This document shows positions 11,220 to 25,111 of a DNA stretch of 54,693 nucleotides, in pieces. The notes under the pieces are model-generated. The model did not search any database and was not told the DNA's origin. It was given only the letters and a program-made list of their open reading frames with translations. Within the stretch, counting starts at the first letter, position 1. Every line of letters begins with the position of its first letter. Made by a program: the position numbers and the translations under genes. The DNA comes from Nemertoderma westbladi (lineage: Eukaryota; Animalia; Xenacoelomorpha): NCBI GenBank assembly GCA_032718475.1, contig JAUCBJ010008250.1, positions 1 through 54,693 on the forward strand, given 5' to 3'.

Positions 11220-12340
11220 GAATTTACATCGGCGATGAGAAACACGATATAAATGTATTTAACAATTTGTACGGGTGTGAAACTGAAAGTTTTTCGTGCC
11301 ACATTGATATCGGCAATCTGTTATGGGTCTGATACGTAGATAGGCAACGCCGCTCCCACTATTGTAGTACATTACAATAATCTACTGTGCGCTGCTTTAT
11401 GTGTGCGTAACAACACTTATAGAGATATTATTGTACATTGAATCTGGTTAACGGGAGCCTTGGCCAATGTTTCTGACTAGCCAACGAAATCTTTTGGGTA
11501 AACTCAAGGCTAGGAGAAACTTGCACAGACCCGCAGTTTTCGCGATCGAGTTCGTTTGCGAAGCTGGACCCCAATGGGTAGGGTCATCTCAGGCCATTTA
11601 AACTGACAAGATGACCCAACCCACACGAAGCTGTCCGAACTACGCAACCGAGTGTTTATAAGCGGATCAACTAGAAATATGGTTTACAAATCATTTAATC
11701 CTTCACTCGTGACGTCAACCATTTATACACGGCCGCAGCCGGATATCTACGAATCACATCGCAAAGCGCGGACCAGGTTCCGTCTTCGGTCGACCAATCA
11801 AAGTGTAGAAATAGGGAGATGGAATCGAGTCCCGTATGAACGACGTATTTGCAAGTGTGGCTCGCCCCAATCTGAATCACATGTTATTTGCGTTTGCCCT
11901 TTTATTGATGCCATTAGAAATAGATTCTCATTAGATTACACGTCCCCATCCACAGAACTATCTAGTGTTCCAATACATTCCAAACATATACATATAGGAA
12001 CTGTTAAGTGTTAGAAATTTAGATATTTTATTGTAATTTATTGTATTTTGATTTAGAACCTTTATTATTATATAAGCGATATATTTTTATTACTCTAATT
12101 ACTAATTTATTTGTACGTAACGTTTGAGTTCTCTATTAGTATATACACATTATTTTGATCTTGATTGGTGTTATTCTCTTATGTTTTCAAGAGAGCCGCG
12201 GCTGGTACCTTTTTAGGATTCGCAACATTTAACCGGTCCTTATTTATATTATGAGAGTGTTTGGTCTGTCAGTGTCAGTAAAAGTGTATATTTAAATCTA
12301 CTGGACCTCATGCAGGTCAATAATAACTAACTAACTATAT
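11220..12340 (+). mobile_element. Degenerate LINE 3' end (C-terminal Cys/His motif, AT-rich UTR, TAAC tail)
   Basis: RTRFRL...EIGRWNRVPYERRICKCG...ESHVICVCP matches the C-terminal zinc-knuckle-like motif of APE-type LINE ORF2; TAACTAACTAACTA at ~12323-12337. Confidence 0.65.
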
Positions 12341-12572
12341 TCTAGACACCAGGCCGTCGGCCGAGTATTTCTGGGGTATTAAACCGTCCGCAGTAACCCA
12401 GTCTGCCGCTTGGGGGTATAAGTGATTAACGGATATCTGCTTATACTTTGCTTATAATTTTTCGAGTTGACACTTAATATAAGTTTATGACACGTGTTGC
12501 GCGAAGTCCCTACTTCGTGTAATGGAAGGTATGTAAGGTAAATTAGGTTCATATTATAAGTAATTCACTGAC

Positions 12573-12689
12573 CCAACATCCCTGAAAGTTAGTATCAGCA
12601 GTACAACGTTCCAACTCGATCCCAGAAGAGGAGCAGGAATTCTCGATTGAATTACCTTCTTCTTCGCATACGTAGCAGTATTGTACAAA
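12573..12689 (-). CDS. Ly6/uPAR protein, internal exon (N-terminal half of the LU domain)
   Basis: TTTCAG|TTT...TGG|GTCAGT; 117 nt encoding FVQYCYVCEEEGNSIENSCSSSGIELERCTADTNFQGCW; splices in phase 0 to exon 10811. Not in the ORF track. Signal-peptide exon not located. Confidence 0.85.
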
Positions 12690-13536
12690 CTGAAAGTAAA
12701 TTAGTAAAAATTATTTATTAGTTTTATTAAAAGAACAATTTAAACTAGAACATCTAATTACATTCTACAAAATATAACCTGATTCTAATACTATGAAGCA
12801 TATAGGCCATGTACCGCAGTAGGCCCATACCGCAGTAGACTCATGTACCATGCACTTAGTCCCAGTTTTGTTTTACTTAGGCCATCAAGGTCTTCCATAA
12901 TATTACAAACGATGACAGTCCGGAAAAACCTGCAATTTTCTTGAAAAGTTTACGATTTTAATAATTTTTCGTTTATAACTATAATAACTGAAATAAACTA
13001 AAACTGAAATATAAATCAATCTGCCAGTTATCAAACGCAATTGAGAAATTGACATTTATTTACAAACAGAGCTGTACAGCGATATTTAAATTAATTCGTG
13101 AGTATTACAGCAGGAGGCAAATTTATACTTAAATTTCAGTGTTCTAGAAAGCCATAAAATAATACATAAAAATAATAATAATACTGCTTCAATTCTGTAT
13201 TATACTATATAAAAAAGTTATTCCTTCATAATGGCCATCGGAAAATTCCTCAATAAATCATATATCCGGAAAACTTCCATTCCTAATGATGGAAGTTCGA
13301 CATAGTTTTCTTACTACCGGTACTGACCTGGGCGGGTTTCTAATTTTTCTAGTTATTTCGCTTTATCAAGCCGTTAAAAAGATCCTAGATGTGTCACTAC
13401 CGAATTAGCCACGCAATTCTCGGTCGAATTTAAGCCCCGATTTAGATTTAGCTACAAAGCCGTCACCTAGCTGGACGTGCGCTAATTCGAGAACGCCTAA
13501 CGGCATGTTCGGTCACCATGTTTTATACAGCTTATT

Positions 13537-13563
13537 TGCAGCGATTAACCACTAGGTGTCGCT
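13537..13563 (+). promoter_or_regulatory. Candidate CTCF-binding site with upstream motif
   Basis: TGCAG-N7-CCACTAGGTGTCGCT resembles the CTCF core CCASYAGRKGGCR plus its upstream module. Motif match only. Confidence 0.4.
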
Positions 13564-15399
13564 ACGGTATTGCACCTAAATAGAAAACGGGCTAAAAACG
13601 GTTTCGGAATCTGGAGATAAAGTTGATAGTTCCAATGAGATCTCGAGATTATATTCCAAAATCCAAAATATGAGATGGAGGTGGTTAAGTAGTGGTAAAC
13701 ATTGTGTAGTAAAGAAAAAGGGAAACATCCTGCCAGACCAGTAGTAAAAAAAGTGTATATTTATGATCACACCAATTTCCTTAGTATTCGATTGAATTTG
13801 AAAAATATTGCGGGTTGATAAATATAAAGTTCATTTATTTTGTTGTTTAATGTTGTATTTAAGTACTGTATGTAGCCCTGCATTGTAAATATAGTCTTGC
13901 ATTTAATGTTAAAGTGAAAGAAAATAAACCCAAAACAGAAGAAAATTCATAAATAATGATAATATATAAATAGAACTTAAACTGTTACCTCTCCTGCAGC
14001 AGTATTGAAAACAAAATAAAAATAATATTAATATTAATATTAATAACTACAAACTAAATCAATTAGAATTAATTCTACAATAAATCCGATTACTTAGTAT
14101 GCAGACCACCGCGGCTGTATATAGAGATACAGACCCAGTTGAACTCTCATTTGGATCGTCAAGATACCAGCCTTTAAAGCTACATGCACCCCCCTCCAAT
14201 TATAACTTTTCGTCAACACCAGTATTGGAAACTAAAATACAGTAAATGTCACCATGTCTAATTAGTATGTAGCATCTATTTAATTGTTAGCTATATAGGT
14301 CTACATATTCTTATATACATTATTCCTATTTGTAATTCTTCTAGGATAGCTTGCAGAGACCCCCCCCCCCCCCCCCCCCCCCCCGCAAATACATATCCAG
14401 CGATTAGCACGCTAATAGCGGGATGTACCATCATGCTAATATCCCACTATTTTTATAAGATAATATCCGGATAATCGCCGTAAAAGTGGTCCCCGCGATC
14501 GCAGCGTTTTTAGCGGGATAATTATCCGGTTTTTAGCGGTTCCTTAGCGGCACTTTAGCGTGGATTTAGCGGCATTTGTAGCTGCCCAGGTTAAAAAAAA
14601 TTCGCGTTGTCCAATCACATGGCGTTCCTTGTGCATACTCTGTGGAGAGATGAGGAGAGGGGGGGGGGGGGGGGCTGGAGTGGTTAGCCTACCTTACTTA
14701 CCCTATGCCTACACCCTACGGCCCTACACCTACAATACTCTATACAAACTGAGATGTAATCGTTTGAGTATAATAAGAGAATATATAATGCATTAAGACT
14801 TAGGTGTATCCTATATAACTTTAAGCGATCACCAAAAAATATTAATTCGATTATTAAAATCTATATATTTGATCTTATTTACAACCATATTAGATAATTC
14901 ATAATTATGAATATTTATTAAAAAAAATAAATTGTAAACTGTTTCTAATCGATTATTCTAAGATAAGAAACCATATATCTATCCAATAATTTAAGTTTTC
15001 TGCAAATTGAGGTAGTGTCGGGTGGTTGGGGTTGGTGGTTTATGTAAATGCAGTTTAATTTTTGACAGTTTAATATTTTTTTTGTTCACTGCAAAAATGT
15101 ACAAATAAAAATTGAAATACAGTACATATTGTCTGTACTACTGTATAACAACTGTAGGTACTGTAACCTGAGATATTGTAGCACTGTAGGTAGGCCTACT
15201 GTATAAATTATTCCCTTAGATAATTACTAAATTTTTTCCTTTGATTGAGTTTAAACTCCGACATTGTCTCATACTGTAAAATATTGCAGCTTTGGTTCTC
15301 GAACCTACCGTGACACTCACTGCCCAAACTGCCACACCTGACTGCCTAAAACTGTAAAACCACTATCTGTCACTGCTATCTTCTGATCCTACTGCAGTA

Positions 15400-18300
15400 C
15401 TTGACTGAACATGGATACGCACCCGCCCCGCCGCCGACAACCGCGACCCTCTCACTTTTATCCTCCGCAGCGCACTCCCACCATTCGATATCGACTCAGA
15501 GCGACTCCGACTTCTCTTCGACCAACCTCGCCGAGGTTTGGTCCCTCCTCGCCAGCGCCGAACTGACTGATGCCCCACTCGTGTCAGCGATGGAGCAGCT
15601 GGAGCCGCTGGAGACCGTCACAGTCGGGTTCCAGGTTGCCGCCAACACCTCCTTCGGCATCCGTGAGCTCCAGTTCCTCCCCAACTCCGGAGCCAACATA
15701 ACTGGAATCCCGCTCCGTACGTTTATCGCCTTCGGGGGCCGGGTGGCCAACCTACGGCAACCAGTCCCTGCCCCGCAGGCCCCCAAACTCGCTAATGGCA
15801 GTAGGACTGGCTGGTCGCTCAAAGGGATCTTCAGAGCCACCTTCCAGTGCTTGAAGCTCCGCACAGCATGCACCACCGAGGTCTGGGTGCTAGATGGTCT
15901 CCAACAACCACTGCTGTCCTTCAAGGCGTGTTTCCTCCTCGGGATCCTATCGAGCCCGATCCTGCGAGTAGGTACGCTGCACCGCCCACAGTGCTCCTCC
16001 ATTGCGGCCCGGCCAGCACAGCCGACCCCGCCCGAACCGGTTGCAATCCCGACCACCCCACCACCAGCCCTGGCTACTGCACCAGCAGCTACAACCACCA
16101 GAACCACATGGGATAAACTCGCGGCCCCTTTTCCACGTCCACTGTCGGGGATCTGTTGGGTAATTAGAGGTGGCCCCATAACAATCAAACTCCGCGAGGA
16201 CGCCTCTCCAACTTTCTCGTATGCGAACCGCGCCATCCCCGCCAACTTGGAGGAAGCCTTCGACCGGGAACTCCGTGACCAAGTCACCATGGGGATCCTT
16301 GAGCCCGCAGGCGACGAGAACGACCTGAGCGCGTGGCTCAGTCCCATGGTTGTCACCCAGAAGAAGGACCCCAACTCAGTTCGCATCACGGTGTACCTCC
16401 GGCAACTCAACAGGCACACCATCCGACCTGCCTACTTCTCCCCAGCCCCGTTCCAGGTTGTCTCTCGGATTCCGCCATCCGCGCAATTCTTCTCAGTCCT
16501 GGATGGGCTGAAGGGGTTGACCAACTTCGTCACCCCGCATGGTCGCTACCGGTACCGCAGGATGCCCATGGGATGGCATGGCAGTTCGGACGTTTTCAAT
16601 GCCCGAATGGCCAAGGCCCTGCACATCATCCCCAACATTGCCAGGATTGTGGAGGACATCCTGGTGTATTCTGACACCGAGGAAGACCACGAGGAAGCCG
16701 TTGCCCGGGTTCTCACAGCCTGCGACGCCGCCGACATCTCGATAAACACCAAGAAGGTGCAGTTCTGCCTTCCCGAGGTGAGATTCGGCGGCTATGAAAT
16801 CTCACACTGCCAGCACCGCATCGACCTGGAGCTCAAGGACGACCTTCGTCACTTCCCTATCCCGACATGTCGGAAAGAACTCCGATCATTCCTCGGCCTG
16901 GCTCAGCAACTCGGCAACTCCACCGCCGAGATCACCCAACTGGTGGAGCCCCTCTACAGCCTGAACTTCAACTACTCCGCTTTGGTTGTGGCTCCCCCAG
17001 CACCAGGCTGCATTCGAGGTGACCCGCACCGCACTCTCCACCGCACGCTACCTCTCCGGGTTCCATCCCGATCGTCGTACCAAGCTCCTCACCAATGCCT
17101 CCCGCCTGAATGGACTTGGTTTCCTTCTGAGGCAGTGGGACTCGGCCCGGAACGGGTGGATGACCATTCAGTGCGGTTCCCGGAACCTCGCAAAACACGA
17201 GGCCAACTGGTCCAGGATGGCCAAACTCGAGGCCTTGGGTGCCGCCTGGGCTGCCCACAAATGTTGCTACTTCCTCGACGGCCTCCGTCACTTCAACCTG
17301 GTGATGGACTGCAACCCCCTGATCCCAGTACTCAATGACCGCCGCCTGGTCCAGGTAACCAACGATCGCCTCCTGAAGTTGAAGACTGCGTTGGCCCAGT
17401 TCAACTTCACCGCACACCATCAATGCGGTTCGAAGCACCTCGTCGCCGACGCGTTTTCCCATGCCCCCCTCCACGCACCTCAGCCCAACGACTTACTACT
17501 GACCCCCAACGACAACGCAGACCGGGAATTCATTGTGAACGACGCCATCGGCCAACTCCCATCGCTTGATTCCCAGGACGCGCGTATCAAGCAAGTTCGG
17601 GAGGCCGGCCAACGCGACCCAGTTTACCGCGCCCTCCTCAACGTCATCCAAGAGGGTTGGCCGACCTCAAAACACAACGTGGTCGACAACCAACTCCGGC
17701 CCTACTTCGCCCACCACGCCAACCTGATGATCCACGAGGGGGTGATCCTAAAAGGCCCTCAACTTTACATCCCCGTAGAGTTGCGCCGCACTACCCTCCA
17801 ACAGCTATACGCCACCCACCAGGGGCTGAACAAGACTCGGGATCGTGCGACCAGGTCGGTCTGGTGGCCATCCCTACTGAACGACATCCAACAAACAGTA
17901 AATCGATGCCATTCCTGCCAGACCAACCTCCCCACCCACGCCCCCGAGCCCCTCCAACACAACCCAGAGGCCATGAGGCCCTTCCGCGCGCCCATGCCGA
18001 CATCTTCCAGGTCGGCGCCATTAAATACTTAGGGGTCACTGACGAGTATACCGGCTGGCCCACGCTGTACCGCCTCAACTCAGACACAAAATCTCGAGCA
18101 ATCATCGACTGCCTCCGCCACCTCTTCCTTGCCACCACTGTCCCTACAATCATCCACCCCAACAGCAGCCCCCAATTCGTATCCAACGAAGTCCTCCAGT
18201 TCCTCCACCAGTGGGGGGTCCAGCTCGAGCCCTCCAGCCCCTACCTGGCGCGCACCAATGGCCGTGCCGAGGCCGCGGTCAAGGCCATGAAGAAACTCAT

Positions 18301-19080
18301 CCTGAGGGCCAACCACGACTCGGACGCAATCGCGCAGGGGATCCTGGCTTTCCACAACTCCCCACGCTTCGGTGGTCGATCCCCTGCCGAGCTCCTGTAT
18401 GGTCGCAACGTCCGGGAGGCCCTCCCCGTCCACTTCACCTCCTTCACCCCCAAGTGGCGCCAAACATTCAGGGAGCTGGACGAGGTGGCTGCCACCAACT
18501 GCAACGAACTACAGGCGAACTATAACTGCCACACACGCCCACTGAAAACACTCCTGGTCAGCCAGCCGGTTACCATTCAAGTCCCCACCAATAAGCGTTG
18601 GACTGGCCTTGGAACCGTGGTCGAGGCCCTCCCCAACCACGACTTCCAAGAGAGCAGGCGAATTGTGCGACGGAACTGCATCCTTTCGCGGGTCCGCACA
18701 TTCAGGCGCCCCCTAGCGGCCTGCCCGCCCCACCCCCTACGTCTGCCCAACCTGAGACCACACTGCCATCACATCTCGCCCCACCAACACCCGTTACTCA
18801 AACGCCACACGATCCACCAACACAGAGGCCATGGTCCACCGTTGCCTCTCAACAACCAACCAACCCGACCCATACTCGTTCTGACAGACTCGTCCAACCA
18901 CCAGCATATTATGGTTATGGTAATGAATAGAAGACCCACCCCTATGGCTCGCCCCAACCCCTTATTCTCATGTAGTAGACTTGTAGTAGACTTGCCTCGC
19001 TGGCTCACCCCCACCTGTATCCGAACTAGATCGCACTTAGCCCACCCCCTTCGCCAATTGACAGACATTCTCACATATTA
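15400..19080 (+). mobile_element. Degenerate Ty3/Gypsy LTR retrotransposon pol (protease-RT-RNase H-integrase); no LTRs seen
   Basis: ORFs 15401-17338, 16986-18032 and 17657-19081 are joined by frameshifts. Motifs: protease PNSGA (mutated DSGA), RMPMG, IVEDILVY (mutated xDD), LRSFLG, LLTNAS, VADAFS, HQG..WW..CxxC, TNGRAEAAVK. Confidence 0.92.
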
Positions 19081-21100
19081 GCAGACAGTTTTTGCGCGGG
19101 AAGGTTCAACCTTTAAAATCAATTATCTCAGAATGACATTTATTATTTTTAAAACACAACTACTCCTCCGCCATTTTTCAACCATATCTAATGATTTTTA
19201 GGCTCATTCGAAAGGGTTTCGGCAGTTCTTTAACATTAATCTTATATAATTTCTTTAAAAAAAGTTTATTAGGTCGATAAAAGTAGCATATATATTCTCA
19301 TAATTAGTTTAGGTGCTCTGTTATTACATAAAATTGCCATGGGGAATTTATATTAAAGAAGAAAACATTCAGTGATCTAGGTGGGGCCTTTATTTTCTCT
19401 TCAGCATGGAAGGGGTTAAACCAAACATAAACCAATAACCATATATGGAAGGGGTTAACCAAACATTAACCAATAACCTAATATAACCCATAACCATCGC
19501 ACATATAAACTGGTAACATATAGCAGTTGTGTTTAATGAATCATATAGAACTGTAGATCAAGGTACAGTATCTCTTCTACAACTCATTGGGAATTCAAAC
19601 TGTAAAATAAATAATAAAAACGTTAAAGTAAATAATTTTATAGTAAAAAACGATATTTATTCCGGAACTCATTATTATTAATAATTATTATTAACTTTTC
19701 ACCCAAATATATTATTATATTTTATTTATATTTATATAAATATTTTATTTAATATTTATTATTATATTAATTTTTTTATTATTTTCTATTATTTACTACT
19801 ATTTACTATTTTATTTATTTATTTATTTTATTTACTATACATTTTATTAATTGAACAAATTTTAAATTTAATAATATACTTAGAGTTAATTCTAATTGTG
19901 GATCTTCAACATTGTCCTGATCATAACTTCCAGACCCATTAGCTTTTACGCTAGATTCCTCTGACACTATTTAAATAAAATTTCTCTAATAGACTCAGAA
20001 TGTTCAGCAAAGGACTCTTTGACGCATGCAGCATTACCGACCTGGATACAAACCCCTAAACGTTGACGGAGGTGTTCAATCGATTTTTTGTTGCCAGATA
20101 CCTTCTGTATACGGTGCCCTAGCTCACGGATGAATGCTATCGTAGAGGTACCAAGACTGCCCAGTGATTCGACAGCTACAGGTTGAATTATATAATTACG
20201 TGAGAGTTCGCTATATTTCATTAGTTTCCTATCTTCAGCCATGTCTGCTACAGTAGGACCATCTAGGAGTGCTGTTTGGGAGTAAGAGGGAGCCTGGCGG
20301 TGGACGCAGGTAAAGTCCCAAATAAGAGGCTTGCCTCTCACCCATGGGAGTAATGTGGCCCCGTCCGGTCTCTTACCATCACTTCTACACATTCCAACAG
20401 GTTCTAACGTGCTAGAAATCTCTGCAGACGCAAGTGCCCGATGAATTGCATCATTCCGTGCATCATCATGTGACGTTGATGGCGGCTCTTAATGTGGTTG
20501 CAGGTGAAAGCATGTAGAGCTGATGAGTCTACGGCAGCGCCACACACGCAAGGGTGTGGGATACAAACTTGTGCGCCCAGCCGAAGAGCAACAGCGATTC
20601 CAAAATCTTCATTAGATAATTTCAGGCCAAGGGAGGAAGATGGCAAGGTGTTGAGCCAGTCCCCAGATCCTTGGACCTTGCAACCTCTCAGGCGTGCAGC
20701 TGATGTTTTGTCTGATACTTCCAGGAGCAAGGCAAACCGTGAAACTGTTATTGGTTCCGACCAGTTTCTCTGCCTCTTTGGATCTTCTGAAGTATTCGCC
20801 TCTGGGATCATGCTTTTCCAACAGTCTATGGCTTCTCCATGGTGTTTGTTCTCACTAGGAGAGTGATAAATCTCTTTAATTAACGATTCATTCTTATGCA
20901 ATGATGAGAGGTATGCACAAGGCGCAATATCTGTCACAGAAGGGATTCCGAGGCCACCGTATCGACAAGGAAGGATTGCTTGCTCCAAGGTTTCAGTTTC
21001 CAGTTTAACGTTTGTTATCTCTTCTAGAGACTCCCTTATATTGTTATCGATCTTGCTAAGTAGATGGGGTTCGTTGAAAGTTGGTGATGAACGAAGCATG

Positions 21101-21458
21101 TGTAATGATTGTTTATACAATCAACAATCTGAATTAACTGTGAACCACAATATTGTTTATTAGAGGGAATTCCCATTTCACAGCTATCCGCAATGCGAAC
21201 TAATAACTCTTCATATTAATACTGAATACCAGCTGAAGTACTTTATCCAGTGGTTATTGTGTATAGCATTATATCATAGGGGTATTGTGTATGGAGAAAT
21301 TAATTCGCTCTGTGGCGATTACAATTGAATAATTATGACTAAAGTTAATTTATCAAATCTTTGAAAGATTTTAGTTACTTTATTTCATTTAACATTTAAA
21401 TATTATAATTATCGTATTATAATTCAATTATTTTATTTCGTTATAATGGAATATAACA
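21101..21458 (-). mobile_element. Solo LTR (358 bp) inserted in the CRE ORF
   Basis: TG...CA termini (TGTAAT...ATAACA); 5 bp TSD GCATG at 21096-21100 and 21459-21463; AATAAA on the minus strand at ~21155-21160; removal restores KLTYMLRSSP. Confidence 0.88.
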
Positions 21459-22369
21459 GCATGTATGTAAGTTTGGGTATGGCTAGACAGTTTTTGAGTA
21501 GGAAAAAGGCGTCATGGTTGTCAAGGAGACGGAGACGATTGTGAAACATACTGAGGTTGTCCAACTTCTTACAGATGACATTAGAGAGGGCCTCGGGGCC
21601 AATGGGGGCACCAAGTAGATCTAAATCCTGTGATCTAGTCAACTTAATTCCTGGACAGATTTTCTGGAACGAAGTTAAGATTGGGTTTTCCTCACCTGAC
21701 TTGTCCCCAATGATGGTTAGTTCACATTTTGACTCATTAAGAGATAGCCCTATATCGCTACATGCTGTTCTGAAAGATGAAAGATTGGAGTGTACATTTT
21801 CCCAGTTTCCTCCAACTGTAACGTCATCAATATAACCTGCTTTGAATATTGTCTGTAATTTGTCAAGATTCGGGTGGAGTCCTAGGCAAAATCCAAAGAC
21901 AGCTAAAGGGTCCCCCTGTTGGAAACCCTCTTCAGAAAGCAGCAGATCTTGACCAAATGAAAGGAGGGTCGTTCTACCATAACATAACCTATAAAATGGG
22001 AGAAGCTCGGGGGCTTTATCTGCAATACAATCTGCAACGTGATCCCTTCTCAAAGTATTAAAAGCGTTCTTAAAATCAAGCTTTAGGATGACATCTTGTT
22101 CCTCAGCTGATTGCACAAAGCTTCGCAGCGCATGCACAGCTGCCTCGCAACCCCCAGGGGTTCCAAATCCAAGTTGTGATGGTGCAAATACGCCGCTGAA
22201 CTTAACTGAGACTGCCTGGGTGGCACACTTTGCGGCCAGTCGCTGTATGGTTTCCCCTACTGCTATAGGGCGGATGCCACCATCCTTTTTGTTAAAGGCA
22301 GTTACTGAAGCACCAATAATAACAGGGGAAGCCGAATCTGGGACATCACCTGAGATTAACCAAGGATGT

Positions 22370-24055
22370 TTAGTCCGCAAGGAGTGAGAGGCCTGCTTCA
22401 CCTGAGCGCTGTGATATAGCATCCTGCAAATGCTGCGGGCTTAAACCTGAGAGCCCACCTGAAGAACCGGGTTTGAAATTATTGATTGATGCTTTCACAG
22501 ACTTCGATGTAACAGTTACCGGGTTTACATCCACTGGTTGGTCTGGAAAGGGGCATCGGTCTGGGGGAGTTGGTGGATGTTTCTCTTTGAGTTTTTCTAG
22601 AGTCAACTTATCAAATGCAGCTATAGAGTCTTCGCACGTCGCTATGCGGATAGCTCCCTTTACATCGCCTGCATCTAGCTTCTGCGATACTGCCGAAGCC
22701 AGGAGTCTATTTGCATCATCTCTATCAATTGTGGTACCTTTATTCTCAGCTTTGTTATTATACTTTTTTGGTTTAAAAAGTGTCATTAAGTCAGTCGTAG
22801 AGTTAAAAATGGCACAATTGTTGTTAACAAGTGAAGATAGTGACTTGCGTTGTTTCTGTCCCCCTCGCTCAGGGCGCTTCAGGCAAATGTATGGCATAAG
22901 GAGCAGTCTGGTCCATGAGGAATGATCATTATACTTGAGCACTGAATGTATGCAATTACTCAGTGTCTTGGCCACCTGGATCCTAGATCCCCGGGGGATA
23001 AATTTAAGTAGTCTCACTCTGGCATCTCTGACGAGTTTCAAAAGCTGAGTAGCTGATTCCTCGATGGGATGTGGTCCTAGTGGTGACGGGACATCTATCA
23101 TTGAGGGTCTATCCTGGGGTTGAGAACAGAGCAAATTACTTTGATCCACCTGTACTGAACGACCAGAGCCAGGGCACTCGTCGCCGTTTGCTGACCTGTG
23201 CCTACGGAGCTGCCTGCTATTGGTAAGTGTGTAAGGTTTCTTACATGATGTGCAGTATGCACGTCTGCTTTGGGACCCAAATGTATGCTTCGTGGATGAT
23301 GATGGTTGTGGGGTCTGGGATGGCTGTTCTGTTGGAATATGACTAGACTGAGGATCCTGTTCATTGTCATTGATTGTCCATATTTCTCTAGTTACGGGTC
23401 TTACTAAGGTGGAATTTTTTTCAATTGTCTGTAACAGTGACTTACGAAATTCTCCAATTGTTTCGTCATTGATTTTGTTGGCTGACTCTTGGTGTAGGCA
23501 CATTTTGGCAAAGCGACAAATGTATACGCCACACTGGTATGAGTTAAACTGTTTGCGTGGTAGTGGGGGGGCCACTCTAACATCTTGGGGTTGCACTCCT
23601 AGCCTATGTGCTTCGAGATCGATCCATCTCTTAATGTCATATAATGCCTGGTGGTCAACATTTCCAAGCGAGTCAAAGAGCCAGAGGGTAGGCCGAGGGG
23701 GTTTGGGTGAGATGGCAGCAAGGGTCCAATGATTATTACCCTTGTTTATAGGAAAAAATATAAAATCGAGGTTGAAAGTATTTGAATTTGACCAGTTTTT
23801 AACAGAGTCATAACCTCTGCACCTAAAGGTTTCCAAAAAGTGTGAGCTAAAGATATGTGTAGCTCCGTTATATTCTAAGCAAAGGTATCGTAGGACAGCA
23901 TCTATAACATTGTCATTAAGCCAGTTATTATATTGAAGAGATTCGATGTCACGGCTGGATAGTTCTTTACCAGCAAATAAAAAACACTCTTCGGTACTGG
24001 GTGGCACATCATTCTTAAGGATGCTGTCCGAGAGTGTTATACAACTCACGTCCAT
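22370..24055 (-). pseudogene. N-terminal part of the CRE ORF with Ulp1/SENP-like (C48) cysteine protease and Zn finger
   Basis: WLNDNVID, FFPIN..NNHWTL, LFDSL and QFNSYQCGVY give the His-Asp-Cys triad plus oxyanion Gln; CTSC...RRH...C finger follows. Confidence 0.85.
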
Positions 24056-25111
24056 ATTAAAATTGAAAAATTGGGCCTATGCCACGAACCCCTACTGAAC
24101 AGACGACAAGAGTGGAAGAGTAGAGGAGTGGAGGAATGGGGTTCTGGTCTCGTCCGGATTGCTTTGTCGGACTCCAAAGTTGGAAGTCGTAGATGAGCAG
24201 CCAGCACCCGTTGTCCGCAGGACTACTTCACGTTGATGAGTGTCGAAAGCTTGCTACTTACAATTCTATTATGTATTAAATTCTACCAAATTCGCCGATT
24301 AGGAATTCGTTGTCGAAAGCTGAACTATAATGTTGGCCTAATCTTCAGTCAGCATGCAGATCAAATATAGTACGGCAGTATTGTTTATCAATTTAATCGA
24401 GCATTTTAAACTGTAACGTGTCTAAAAAAAAATGTCTAACTCATTCATACAGTGTTTTATTGTTTTTTTTTGTTAAGTTACGTTTTTTTACTATGAAATT
24501 AAATCAAATAAATTAATAAGTTTATTTTTTTTATTTCTTTATTACTGAGATAAGTAGCTAAAATTTTTATGCAGTACAGTATAAGAAATTCAGAAATTAA
24601 GTTTATTATAATAAATCGTAATTTTGTGGCAACAATTTATTACGATATAGCTAGTATTTTAAACAAAATCAACTCTGAAAATTTGTCACCCTTTCTTACA
24701 CAAAATTCTAGAAAAAATCTAAATTCAATAAAAATCTAAATCAATTAATTAACATTGCTCCCCTTCTTTATCAGCACTCTCTTTATCAGCACAATCTTTT
24801 TACACACTTTTTACCTTTTTACACAGCTTCCCTTCTTTATCGCCGCAGACGCCTGTTGGATTTACAGGCGCGCCGCAGCGGTGTAAAGGATTTATCGTGC
24901 CTTTCAGCACAATACGATCCTAACAGATTTACTATACTAGTTTATAATATATATATTATATTTATATTATATTATTTATTATATTATATATTAATATTTT
25001 TTATAATTATATTAATATTATTTATATATTTTATAATTAAATGTAAAAGTTAGTTTCCAACGCAACTCTATTGGAATTATTTAGTAATTTTATATAAAAC
25101 TTACAGTTTTA

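Larger units (their letters stand above)
19960..24300 (-). mobile_element. CRE-like non-LTR retrotransposon (Ulp1 protease - Zn finger - RT - restriction-like endonuclease), inactivated
   Basis: RT motifs GGIRPIAVGE, GGCEAAVHALR, KLDFKNAFN, QQGDPL, YIDD; CxC...H..C knuckle; endonuclease KRPDG...LIWDFT...K..KY...PVAVESLG. Broken by a stop/frameshift at ~22370, a solo LTR and a frameshift at ~20450. Ends approximate. Confidence 0.9.

Noticed and set aside
13576-14150. Candidate signal-peptide exons for the Ly6 gene
   Set aside because: Each ATG-initiated frame hits a stop or gives the wrong splice phase.
24225-24265. Hammerhead-like TTGATGAG-TGT-CGAAAGC near the CRE 5' end
   Set aside because: Core C is replaced, stem I cannot form, and it is antisense to the element.
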